Below are positions 48,976-61,288 of a DNA stretch of 64,000 nucleotides, piece by piece. Origin of the DNA: Ostrea edulis (lineage: Eukaryota); contig NC_079172.1 in assembly GCF_947568905.1 (NCBI RefSeq), positions 69,874,001 through 69,938,000 on the forward strand, in the 5' to 3' direction. The position numbers and the translations under genes are program-made. Below the pieces are notes generated by a model, which worked only from the letters and a program-made list of their open reading frames with translations, searched no databases and was not told where the DNA came from. Each line of letters opens with the position of its first letter. Within the stretch, counting starts at the first letter, position 1.

Positions 48976-49960
48976 TTAAAGGGAAAGACAACCCAAAACA
49001 TTTTTACATGATAAATGATAGGATTAATCATATGATATATAAATATTTACCATACAATTTTGTTGATATATGGCCAAAATAAGCTTCAGTACTAATTTTA
49101 AAACGTCAAAAATTGAAATTCCCGCGATCTATAGAGACTGCCATGATGTGTAACTCTTTTGTATTCAATACCACAAAAATCAATATTTTGACGTCACACC
49201 GTTTGTTCCGGTTTTGATGAGATTCTAAGATCTTTGCTTGGGTTCAGGACCCCCCCCCCCCCCTCCTCCGAATAAGCTACATGAGTTGATTTATTTATTT
49301 TTTTCTTGAGCATATTTCTAATGCATGTCAACGTCTTGCATACCCATAAAGTCTAACATAATTCAAAATAAGCCCCATTTTTAAAAAAAAAAATACCCTC
49401 ACTGGTTACTATAACAAAACTTATATTAACCAGTGAGGGTATTTTTTTTTAAAGGGCTTATTTTGAATTACATGTATTTTGGACTTTATGGGTATGCAAG
49501 ACGTTGTTGACATGCATTAGAAATATTTTCAACAAAAAAATAATTAAATCAACTCATGTAGCTTATTCGGAGGGGAGGGGAGCCTGAACCCAAGCACCTG
49601 TGAGATCATCAAAGATGTGCATGTGGTAGATCTTACGAATAAATAGGTTTTCTCGAAATTCCCAACCCAGTCATTTGAAAAAGAAAAGACTACGTAAACT
49701 GTGGATCCATCATTTGCATAATGACAAGTTGAGGTTCAAGACATTTGTATGAAGAAATGTTTACCGTCTGCCTTGTTTGCGACTCGACTGTACGTCTTCT
49801 TTTCTCAATTTCTTCTTGCGAAAGAACGGGCTCAAATCTATACGGCTCCAAACTTAACTGTTCGTGACTTGTTACATTTACATTGCTGCTGATGGGATAA
49901 ACCGGAATAGACGGTGTGACGTCATAAATTAAATTTCAATGGACACTCTCTTAGCGGTGA
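48976..49960. mobile_element. Kolobok-like transposon remnant containing a foldback insertion
   Basis: TTAA|AGGG start, subterminal inverted TGACGTCACACCGT motifs (~49190 and ~49915), and a minus-strand EPYRFEP remnant reminiscent of Kolobok accessory proteins. The right end was not found. Confidence 0.4.
49235..49596. repeat. Foldback palindrome, ~170-bp arms
   Basis: CTTGGGTTCAGG...ATACCCTCACTGGTTA, then a loop of ~20 nt, then TAACCAGTGAGGGTAT...CCTGAACCCAAG. Confidence 0.9.
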
Positions 49961-51251
49961 GTAATTTAAAATACATGATAGATTAATATTGATTTAATTG
50001 TTAAGCAAAGGATTTTTGTTGTTAAAGACTGTCAATTACGATATCAGTAAGTGATACTTTATTCATAAAAGCAACTATGTGTTGACAGGATTCCGATTCT
50101 GTCATCGTCGTATTTTCTTCAGTAACTGAACGCAGGACCAGATGATGACATAAAGGATCTCCAGACACTGTCACAATAACTCTGATTTGAATACACATTT
50201 GTTGGCATTACGACACGAGTCATAAGTGTTAATGTTTTGTTACGTTTTCGTTTAGATTAAGTATCATTCATGCTTTTCAACATCAAGTATGCGAATCAAG
50301 TGGAAAGAAATGACTGCAAGATTTCTCGATCAGGATTCTGCCGAAAAATCGAACGGGAAACTTAAAAGTATGCGTTAAGGCGCAACGTTCATTTTTGCAT
50401 TTCTACGTCAAATTTTCCGGTTATTGTTTTGATCAACCGATAAAATTTTAGTTATTTTTAAAGTCATCTGTAGCTTTGACATGGTATGAGTATAGTGTAA
50501 TTCGGTGTTTATTTGTACTGCTATTACCTGAGTCGGTGTCGATATCAGGGACTCCAATTACTAATACTTCCTGTAGACTTTGATTCTCACCACGTTCCTC
50601 CTCTAAATACAACATTTACCTTACTAGAGTGTTAAAATCAGATTCAAATCCACGGTATATTATTGTAGGCATATACTAATTTATTTGTAAATTATGGTCA
50701 CATATTCAATTTTGTGATAAGGGTATAGGGTTTCTTCCACCTTTTCTTAGCCTTACCGTAAAATCCGCTGGAATGGGTAAATCCCCGCCTAGACCCAATG
50801 AAGGAGGGTACTTTCTCGTTATCCAAATGTAAAATATCTTCATCGGATAAATCTTCCATGATATTATATCATGGTTATAATTTCTTCCAGTGCAGGTACA
50901 TGTAATATTTGTGGAGTTTTAATTTACAGTGCGTCATTTGATTCCCGAGAACACGCACTTTTACAATCATTTAAAAATCATTGATTTAGTATATTGTTTA
51001 GAACAATAGCACGTTGTCAGTAGATCTGCTTACTTTCAGTAGATATGTTCACGCGAGGATAGTTTCATGTAAAAGGTTTAAAGCGATAGATTGTCTATGT
51101 ACATAGGTCCGCAATATCTTTATATAAAAAGGACTCAAAAATTCAAAGACCTTTCATTTTGTATTTTTATTCTGCACGTTGTTAACAATTTGTTGAACGG
51201 ACAACATTTATTGTATTTTGGTTCGTCCTTTACTCTCTAAAGTGTTTTTCA

Positions 51252-52222
51252 TCAACAAGCATATTTTGTCTCCACCCGGAAGTGACCCTGATTGGTTCCA
51301 GCTTTTACATGCTCCATCACAGGTTTTGGAACGTCGATTTTGGGGTTGCAAACAAAATAAATATTGGAAGAGTATTTCGTTGGATGGTCGATCACACTTC
51401 CGTGGAACATTTGTAGAAATACCCCTGAAAAACGAATAATTCATTCCTAATTTTTTTGAATATGAATGATAAAATTATTGAATATGAATAACAACTTTTC
51501 AAATATGAATGATATGTTTTAGAGTATAAATTACAAGTTTTCGAATATGAATAACAAGATTAGTATAATAGTGCAACGGTTTACACGCCATAGTTGCTCA
51601 CGTAACTTAAAGTGTGGGTTGTAGTAAGGATTGTGCATATGAAGATAACTTTTCTACAAACTTTTATTGTTTTATTTCTTATAATGGGCAGATAATTATG
51701 TATTTTACTATTAAATGCATGATAAAAAGCGGAAGGAAACCTATAGTCTCTGTTTGACTGGTGGGACTAAACATTCTATACTAGTACGTGTTTCCACTGT
51801 GGAGTATTTAGTGAGTTAGATTGAGGACATGTCTCTTGAGAAATTTTATACACCATAACAATAAGATGAACTTGGAAAGCTACTAACCATCTTTGTACGG
51901 ATTTTGATCGAAGGCCGCCACTTCAGCATCACCCCATGTAATACAGCCATTTGTGTCATCCACCTTGTGGGGGGAAAAGACATTTGGAGTAATATTTGGT
52001 ATGTACCTTTTCTGATCTTTTGTATCAATAAGAAGTTGGGTAGTTTATGTGTACAATGTAATAATTCCAATATTATTTAATTGGGCAAATATAAATCTGA
52101 ACGAGAATTTACTTATCAATAAATCCGAAAACACATATACGCGCCTGAAAACAAATAACGTAATCCATGGAGACTCAATGGGAAAACTATTCAAATTTAA
52201 ATTGCTGATAGTGAACGAATTG

Positions 52223-52254
<32 letters not shown>

Positions 52255-55200
52255 CGAAACAAAAACAACAACAAACATTCTTTCTGAAGAATTTATCCAT
52301 GTGTAAACTCTGCACATTTTACTCGCAAGCTCAACATAAAAGTGCTTCGCACTTTTATTCGATTTATGAGTAAAATGTCCAGAGTTTAATCCTATAATTA
52401 CCGTCTTCCTTGGAAGACGGTATACAGAGTTGAAGTGTTTTGCACTTCCTCTCTTTTTTCATTGGTAGAAAGTGCATGAAGTGAAAATTTTCAATTATTT
52501 CATTGGTTGAAATGCTCTTCAAGGCAAGGGAGATAGTTTTCTGGTGTTCTAATTTTCGTACGACTTAACAATTTTTCAAGATTTTCAATCTTTAAAAAAT
52601 CGACAAAACGAACAAAAGAAAAATGCAATTCATGAAATTGACACATTACTTTTTTAAAAGCAACTAATACAAAACATTTCTATGGTTACTTCATTTACAG
52701 CAATGTTTTCATTTTTGCATACAAACAGAAAAACTCGCCGTTTTTTGTTTTGATTGCTTGTGTTTTGGGAATTGTCTATTCGGTAGGGCTAATCCCTACA
52801 AAACAGTTTTAATGATACCTTAAGCTAAGAATTACATAAATAAGGCTTGACTTCAAAATGAGGATCACTGTTTTTTTTAAAGCATGCAAAAGAATAATCC
52901 ATCCACCTGTTATTACAATTTAGGTAAACGAGTCTAATTTATGCATTTTCAGGGACTTCCAGAAGTATAGTTAATTATGTGTGGTTGTTTCATATTTTTT
53001 CTTACATATCATAGAGTGACGTTTTTTCATAATTTAAATCAGAGACACAATGGTATTTATGTCTGTGAAGTAACGTTGAATCACAAGAATTTTTATTCAA
53101 TTTAACTTAGAATTTTGATGAATTCACTCTTGATTGCTGATATGTATTTTATGATATAATTTTTGGCAAAACTATTACAATATTCTCAGGTCTTTATCCT
53201 GGTTAATTTCTAAAGCAGTTGTACTGTACAATATGCAAGAATAGTTTTTATGCAAATTTGAGCAATTTAAATCTTTTTAGTTTGTTTTGTTTCATAACTT
53301 TGTTAAAAAATAAATATTTTGATATACACATTGAAAATCTCAGTTTCATTTGATATAGGCTTTAATCAGTGCTAATACAGGGAACAGTGATTTTGATTTC
53401 CAGTACATATACCCTTCATAATTACAAACTTTTACAATGGGAGTCAGGACACAGCTTTGTAGGCATGATGTCCGTGAGATTATTTATTTTAGCTCAATTC
53501 AATAATGAAGACAAGGGACATAATTTAACTTCGCTCTATAGAGTTGCTGCTAAAGACGGCAAGCTTTTTTAAAAACCTTTACTTGTAATGATAACAAGTA
53601 ATCTATATAAGGTTTGCTCTACAATATCAAATTGCCAATTCAACAAATCCAGTACGCGATGTGACATTTATCTGTAGACATTACCGTGTAGATCGAGCCG
53701 TTTGTGCTGCAGTTGTGGCTGATCAGAGCTCGCTCGTTACGACATACTGACATTTGAACTGTGACGTTCATGACGTCATCGGCTGCAAGGTTGTCCCATT
53801 TGTTGTCGTTGATTACGTATAATGGCTGCATCCATATGAATGGCTTTCTAGGAAAATAACCAAATGAAACGAATAAATTTCAGTTTGCATATTTTGAGGT
53901 GGAAATTCTCGATAGAGAAGCATTGCTTGTGTACATATATAGTATTCTATTAATTAAGAAATTGCAACGGACCAGATTGGGATTCGAACCCGGGCCCCTG
54001 AATCTCTAGTCAGGTGCTCTATCAACTACCTGGTCATCGGCGATCGAGCCCGTCTGACCTCTATAAAACAAAGATCGCGTTTTCCTATACATATATACTA
54101 CAGGACAACCTCCTCGACATTTATATTTCAAACAACATTTCGAGACCGAGGGCGTTATCCTGCAATATCCATGAACATTTTTTTTTTATCTAATCAGCTA
54201 CGAATTAGGTCACCATGGCAGTTTCCGAAACGGACTAGGCTTACATGTTTTTGCTGACGAAATAGGTGAGATAGTAGTTAAGGAATGAATTTATTATTTT
54301 TTCGTTGGATGGAGGTATACCACGAAAAAAAAAAGACGGAAAACTTTTGCATCATGCGCTACGCGCAATGATGCAGTTTTCCGTCTTTTTTCGTGGTATA
54401 CCTCCATCCAACGAAAAAATAATAAATTCATTCCTTATCATTTAATATTTTAAAACATTGAGTTTATATGATAAAACATTATTTGAGTTGAGTTGAATTA
54501 ACGAGTTATTCTTGGACTACATTCTATGTCATTTCGAGATGGGCGTAGTAATTTGTGAATGCACAACTTAAAAAAAAACAACTAAATCCGTTAGGCCTAA
54601 TGGCGACTTCCACGAACTGTTGTTTACTGTTGAGCAAGCGGGTTTCTTGTGGACTTAAGAATGCAGTTTTAAAAGGATGAGTTAGAGATAAGTCATATTG
54701 AGAGAAAATAGCAGGAATGTTGTTGAGTGGAACTGGAATTAAGTGCAAAGTTTGATGTCGGTACTAACGGAAAGCGTGAGACACGTCCATAATCAAGATG
54801 CGGTATGGCAGGTAGGGTTCTCTTGAGGGTTGTCACGGCTTCCAGGTGGACAAGTGAGTGTTACAGAGGGATTTTCGAGTTTTATCAGTAAATTCCTAAG
54901 GTGTCACAGCTATTGTAACGTCGTATGGAAGCCTCGTTTCGGTGTCCATTCATAAACATATTATGCCGGAGTTCGAACCCATAGTCGTTAAGGTTTAAGG
55001 GCTACGATATTGCAGTATCTCTGAGGCAGTGTGCGGTGTATCTGGTACATGTATTTGGATTTGTGATGTGAAGGAAGTTTTCGCAAGGTGCAAACTGGAC
55101 TATTGTCATCCCCGATTGAATACATTTAACTTTCAGCCTGGAATTGCAGGAGCAGACGTGTGTTGTTGGGGGGGGGGGGGGGGGTGTCCTCAAATAGCGA

Positions 55201-55537
55201 TGTTTATTTCATTTTGCATAAGTAATTATTATTTATATTTGATATTTATTTGTTTTTGTTTAATAAATTCATGTAGATCGATAGAGCTGTTAAGTTTTTC
55301 TTTTCAGGATTCCATAATCTATATATAAATACGAAGCATCCAGAGGAATCCCCAACATTCCAATAGAAAGTAGTTCCGGCCGCTTATTTTTTATTTTTTT
55401 TTTCGTTGGATACAATATTCCAATAATTTTTCAACCAATCAAAAAGCATGTAACATGTAAAATTAAATGATTTAACAAATCTATTCTGAAAAATATATCC
55501 AGTATTTAGTTTGATGTTGATGGATTATACCAGCTGC

Positions 55538-55574
<37 letters not shown>

Positions 55575-55972
55575 GTGTTTTTTTACGTCCCGCCGAGTTT
55601 TCACTCGTATTGAGACGCCACCAGCTGTAGGTGAAGTACCACATTTAGACCCATGCTTAACGCTCAGAGCCATATAGCAGCGAGGGTTCTTCATCGTGCC
55701 AACGCCTGCCGAGACACCGGGGGTCATATCCGAAATACGCGCGATTCTCACTTCTAAATGCAGAGTGTTAGACGAAGAAGCAATCACTACCTAGTTTATA
55801 AAATGTCTTAGGTTTGACGCGGCCACGACCTCCCGGTTACGAAGCGAACGCTCTACCACTGAGCTACCGCTTTGAATGCACAATCCAAGAAAACTACACA
55901 TAATGTGCATTGCCATGTTTGCATGTGTATCAATCTCGGAATGCAGACGATTGATTTATATTGACGATGTAC

Positions 55973-56016
<44 letters not shown>

Positions 56017-56819
56017 CAACTTATATTGATCTTTTTTTGACTATAAGATTGAATTATCACTTATGACTTTATTGGTAACTATGTATTGGACTGTTAGTCC
56101 CCGAGGGTCTCTACAGCCCAGTAGCTAAGTACTTCGTTACTAGCTTGAAAATACGGATGTATATTTAATTGCTGTGATAAAATTTAGAAATTCATTTCAA
56201 AATTAAGGATTATCTCCCTCATCCATAGCTCTTATCGTTAGACGAATTTGACTCCACTTTTGGCACTCTGTTTTTCCCTAAAATAGCTCTTACAAGTTTA
56301 TTGTTATTTCGGATTTCAAAAATTAATTTCGGTTGAGCATCACTGACGAGATATTATTTATCGAAATGCGCATCTGGTGCATCAAAATTGGTACCGTATA
56401 AGTTTTACATTAGCAAAACACGAAGTGCAAGCGAGATTGTATCAATTTTCTCATGATCAGTTATTACGTATGGGGGTATATCGCAGAATAATGTCCGCTG
56501 AATTTCTTTGATCTTTGCAATAACCGTAGTAGAATTAGAATATTTGCTTTTTTTTTCAAACAAAATGTCTTGTAAAACAAATCTATATAGTAATGGCTTG
56601 TTTTGTCACAATATGCTCAAGTCTTAATATTTTGTAACCGCACAGAAAAGTTTACATTGTACATCAAGCACGGGAAAGGAAAACTTACGTGCTGATCAAA
56701 GGACTTAAATTATAAGTCTTCCCAGAAGAGTCGGTATATCTGCATTGCTTGACATCTTTTCTGTACCCCAAAACTGCCACAAAACAGAATATAAAAACTA
56801 ACACTGACGTTCCCCGCAT
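51252..56819 (-). CDS. Secreted mannose-6-phosphate-receptor-homology (MRH/ATG27-like) domain protein, 224 aa
   Basis: Exons 56819-56689, 55137-55006, 53847-53685, 51963-51888, 51424-51252 (TGA); phases 2,2,0,1 join. Signal peptide MRGTSVLVFIFCFVAVLG. MRH-like motifs CRYTDSSGKTYNLSPL, FAPC, CITWG, SNIYFVC, FRVETKYAC*. AATAAA ~40 nt after the stop. Confidence 0.7.
54279..54437. repeat. Hairpin MITE-like element, ~70-bp arms
   Basis: TAAGGAATGAATTTATTATTTTTTCGTTGGATGGAGGTATACCACG... mirrored by ...CGTGGTATACCTCCATCCAACGAAAAAATAATAAATTCATTCCTTA. Confidence 0.85.
55977..56012. repeat. (TA)n microsatellite
   Basis: Perfect dinucleotide run. Confidence 0.9.
56337..56380 (+). ncRNA. Minimal type I hammerhead ribozyme (Penelope-associated type)
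   Basis: Stem I GCATCA/TGGTGC, core CTGACGA, stem II GATA-ttatt-TATC, GAAA, palindromic stem III ATGCGCAT, predicted cleavage AUC| after 56374. Confidence 0.75.
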
Positions 56820-57705
56820 GATGTTGGACGTGTAAACACAGCAACGTATCTCCGTGTAAGCCTCACCATGTGACATCATATGATTCCGATGTTGTGGGTG
56901 CAGGTAGGTTAAGATTCCCGGATATAAATAACCTATTGTGTGTTGGTTAATCTGTCATCAAGATATCGTGTTTTGTTTGAAGACTGATTACAGTGTTGTG
57001 CATGTGTTCATATCATTTGATCGCCATTTAAATGGAGGTGGGAAAAACAACACTAACTAATTGGTGTTGCTTTTTATGTTTTTATTTTAGGAGCTCAGAT
57101 TATAGTAACAATAACAGATATGATGTGTAATAAACTCTGTATGAAATTGACATTATTGTAAATACACAAAATCAGACGATAATGCCTTTTATTGGTTGGT
57201 AACTCGGTCGAGGTGGCCCCACTTCCGGTATAGAATATTATACTGATACATTTTGTAGATTTAAGCTGCGAAATATTTGCTTAGAAAAGGAAATGGATTT
57301 GTCAGAATAGTGGGGACACAAACGAACTTACTGTAAATGCGACAAACCTCGGAAATTCGCAGGTGCTCTTTATAAGCTGACGATGCTTTTTATAAACACA
57401 TTGCTGTTCATAAATCTACCGATCTTCGTTATTAATTATCTCGGCGAGTGGTCCGTTAGTTACAAAATTTCGCAACTGAGTCAACAGCTGCATCGTATGC
57501 GTAAAACAAAATTGCCTCACGAAAACAAATATTAGCAAGATACGTGGAATTCGCGAGACAAGCGAATATTTCTCTCACTCGAATAAAAATTTGCATAGAC
57601 TGCGTTAGGGCGGGTTAGGAAATAGAATTTGTCAAGTTCTATCAAGTCATGTTCATTATTCATTGATTATGAAATCCCAACAAACAACACAGGTACACAG
57701 AATGG

Positions 57706-60700
57706 TCAGCTGTCTGCCATTGTTCCCGGAATATTGTGATACTCTGATCCTGGTATAGGCGTCAGATAACGCGGGGGTGGATCTTCGTGGTATTCCGGGG
57801 GGTGAAGGTGGTGGATGGAGTAGGGTGGAGGCTTGGGAGAGTCATGGCGGTAAATCCTAGAACACTGAAACTGGTCGTTGGATGTACCTAAAATTAGAAC
57901 ACTACCCCATCAGACGATATTCCATAGCGAAATATTTCTTCAAATTATGATGCATATATAATTGATCATCCCAAATTTTGAATATAATTATATTGTCTAT
58001 TACAAGAATTTAAGAAATGGTAAATATTATAAGAAGTTAAGAGATAATGAATATTATAAGAAGTTAAGAAATATGGTATGTTATTATTTTTTTTCGAACT
58101 AACTCGACTGATATATTGAAAGTTTGTATGTTTCATTAAACAGCTGTATTAATTGTATCAGTTTCAATGAATAGTCTTTAGAATGTCTCTTACTGTTGTT
58201 GATGTTGCGATGTCGCCGGACTGGCGTTTTCCCTTTGTAGATACAACACACCAGGATTCCTATGACGAGAGCGATGCATATAACAGCTCCCGATATCGCG
58301 CCTACATACAGAGCCGTCCTGTAAACAAATATAATAATGTGATAATTACATATAACAGCCCCCTCTATCACACCTACATACAGAGCCGTCCTGTAAACAA
58401 ATATGATAATGTAAGAATTACACATAACAGCCCCCGCTATCACACCTACATACAGAGCCGTCCTGTAAACAAATATAATAATGTAAGAATTACATATAAC
58501 AGCTCCCGATATCACTCCTACATACAGAGCCGTCCTGTAAACATATAAAATAATGTGATAATTACATATAACAGCTCCCGCTATCTCTCCTACATACAGA
58601 GCCGTCCTGTAAACAAATATAATAATGTAAGAATTACACATAACAGCCCCCGCTATCACACCTACATACAGAGCCGTCCTGTAAACAAATATAATAATGT
58701 GAGAATTACATATAACAGCTCCCGATATCACTCCTACATACAGAGCCGTCCTGTAAACATATAAAATAATGTGATAATTACATATAACAGCTCCCGCTAT
58801 CACTCCTACATACAGAGCCGTCCTGTAAACAAAGAATTACATATAACAGCCCCCGCTATCACACCTACATACAGAGCCGTCCTGTAAACAAAGAATTAAT
58901 TATAACAGCTCCCGATATCACTCCTACATACAGAGCCGTCCTGTAAACAAATAAAATAATGTGATAATTACATATAACAGCTCCCAATATCACTCCTACA
59001 TACAGAGCCGTCCTGTAAACATATATAATAATGTGATAATTACACATAACAGCTCCCGATATCACTCCTACATACAGAGCCGTCCTGTAAACAAAGAATT
59101 AATTATAACAGCTCCCGCTATCTCTCCTACATACAGAGCCGTCCTGTAAACAAAGAATTATAACAGCTCCCGCTATCACACCTACATACAGAGCCGTCCT
59201 GTAAACAAAGAATTAATTATAACAGCTCCCGATATCACTCCTACATACAGAGCCGTCCTGTAAACAAATAAAATAATGTGATAATTACATATAACAGCTC
59301 CCAATATCGCGCATACATACAGAGCCGTCCTGTAAACAAAGAATTAATTATAACAGCTCCCGCTATCTCTCCTACATACAGAGCCGTCCTGTAAACATAT
59401 ATTATAATGTGATAATTACATATAACAGCTCCCAATATCACACCTACAAACAGAGCCGTCCTATAATCAAAGAATTACATATAACAGCCCCCGCTATCAC
59501 ACCTACATACAGAGCCGTCCTGTAAACAAAGAATTATAACAGCTCCCGCTATCACACCTACATACAGAGCCGTCCTGTAAACAAATGAAATAATGTAAGA
59601 ATTACACATAACAGCCCCCGCTATCACACCTACATACAGAGCCGTCCTGTAAACAAAGAATTAATTATAACAGCTCCCGATATCACTCCTACATACAGAG
59701 CCGTCCTGTAAACAAATAAAATAATGTGATAATTACATATAACAGCTCCCAATATCGCGCATACATACAGAGCCGTCCTGTAAACAAAGAATTAATTATA
59801 ACAGCTCCCGCTATCTCTCCTACATACAGAGCCGTCCTGTAAACAAATATTATAATGTGATAATTACATATAACAGCTCCCAATATCACACCTACAAACA
59901 GAGCCGTCCTGTAAACAAATATAATAATGTGAGAATTACACATAACAGCTCCCGCTATCACACCTACATACAGAGCCGTCCTGTAAACAAAGAATTACAT
60001 ATAACAGCTCCCGATATCACTCCTACAAACAGAGCCGTTCTGTAAACAAAGAATTACATATAACAGCTCCCAATATCACACCTACAAACAGAGCCGTCCT
60101 GTAAACATATATAATAATGTGATAATTACATATAACAGCTCCCAATATCACACCTACAAACAGAGCCGTCCTGTAAACAAAGAATTACATATAACAGCTC
60201 CCGATATCACTCCTACACACAGAGCCGTCCTGTAAACAAATAAAATAATGTGAGAATTACATATAACAGCTCCCGATATCACTCCTACACACAGAGCCGT
60301 CCTGTAAACATATATTATAATGTGATAATTACATATAACAGCTCCCAATATCACACCTACAAACAGAGCCGTCCTGTAAACAAAGAATTACATATAACAG
60401 CTCCCGATATCACTCCTATATACAGAGCCGTCCTGTAAACAAATAAAATAATGTGAGAATTACATATAACAGCTCCCGCTATCCAATGCAATACTTATAC
60501 ATACCACGTATTGTAGTAGTAATACTTACTACCACACTTAATTTAATACTATAAATAAACTTGCGAGTACGTTATTGTACTACATGTACTAATACTTATA
60601 ATGACATTGACTGTACATAATACTAATACTTACGATGACATTGACTGTAATACTAATACTTACTGACATTTATTGTAATACTAATACTTACGATTATATT

Positions 60701-61288
60701 AATTGTATTACTAATACTTATGATTATATAAATTGTATTACTAATACTTACGATGATATTAATTGTATTACTAATACTTACGATGTGAAAGTACAACAGT
60801 ACCGGCTGTAGTAGTAACCACAACACGTGACATCACAGTATAGATATTGAACTCCGCCCCCGCCAACATTGGAGTAGGAACAATACTCTCCCGCCAGGCA
60901 TCCTAAAATACGTAAATTAACATTGGAGTAGGAACAATACTCTCCCAACAGGCATCCTAAAAGTAGGAATCGGCTTACGTAAATTAATATTTAATATTTT
61001 TTTTCAATGCAAAACGTTTTGATTTCGGTAATTGTTAATTGTCGGGTATGAACAGTAAGCCTCTGTCCACAGACATATATATGTCTCCGCGCTGTCTGAT
61101 TAGTGTCTACACGTACTATTAAGTGTGAGAGTATAGTAATCGCTAGGACTGTTGTGTAAGTTACCTGTAATTATTTCTTAAATCAAAGTCAAACATTAAA
61201 ATTGCAGAATTATATTAGTTTGTTATTACTTACCAGCGAAGATGGTAAAAAATATTGCTAATGATGCATTATGTCTTGTCATTCCCAT
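57706..61288 (-). CDS. CYYR1/Shisa-like single-pass membrane protein with PPxY motifs, 160 aa
   Basis: Exons 61288-61234, 60902-60782, 58318-58194, 57887-57706 (TGA); phases 1,2,1 join. Signal MGMTRHNASLAIFFTIFAGCLA, six-Cys domain GEYC...YCDVTCCGYYYSRYCC, TM ALYVGAISGAVICIALVIGILVCCI, tail with PPPY, PPEY and PPRY. Confidence 0.85.
58270..60480 (-). repeat. Minisatellite of 72/59/55-bp units (33 copies) built from the acceptor of the TM exon
   Basis: Each unit carries GTTTACAG|GACGGCTCTGT... (one copy diverged). Counted via GAGCCGT on + from 58311 to 60425. Confidence 0.95.
60589..60785 (-). repeat. ~30-bp tandem repeat x7 built from the exon-2 donor
   Basis: Minus-strand unit ATC|GTAAGTATTAGTAATACAATTAAT. 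Confidence 0.9.

Noticed and set aside
50040-50860. Full 5' exon chain of the CARD gene
   Set aside because: Candidate exons (50859-50757, ~50602-50528, ~50180-50060) exist, but I could not join them in phase to the 48934 exon.
53640-53684. Read-through of MRH exon 3 to a stop at 53640 as the gene end
   Set aside because: The phase-0 donor at 53685 joins 51963 and completes the MRH pattern (FVC...TKYAC). It remains possible as a minor isoform.
54524-54748. Minus-strand ORF as an additional MRH-gene exon
   Set aside because: The flanking exons join in phase without it, it has no recognisable motif, and its splice signals are weak.
58099-58803. 234-aa hydrophobic ORF as a standalone multi-pass membrane gene
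   Set aside because: It is the acceptor array plus the true TM exon read through its donor at 58194. The spliced CYYR1-like model explains it better.
18453-60480. Regular repeat arrays as possible CRISPR arrays
   Set aside because: The units are contiguous with no unique spacers, there are no cas genes, and the DNA is spliced eukaryotic sequence.
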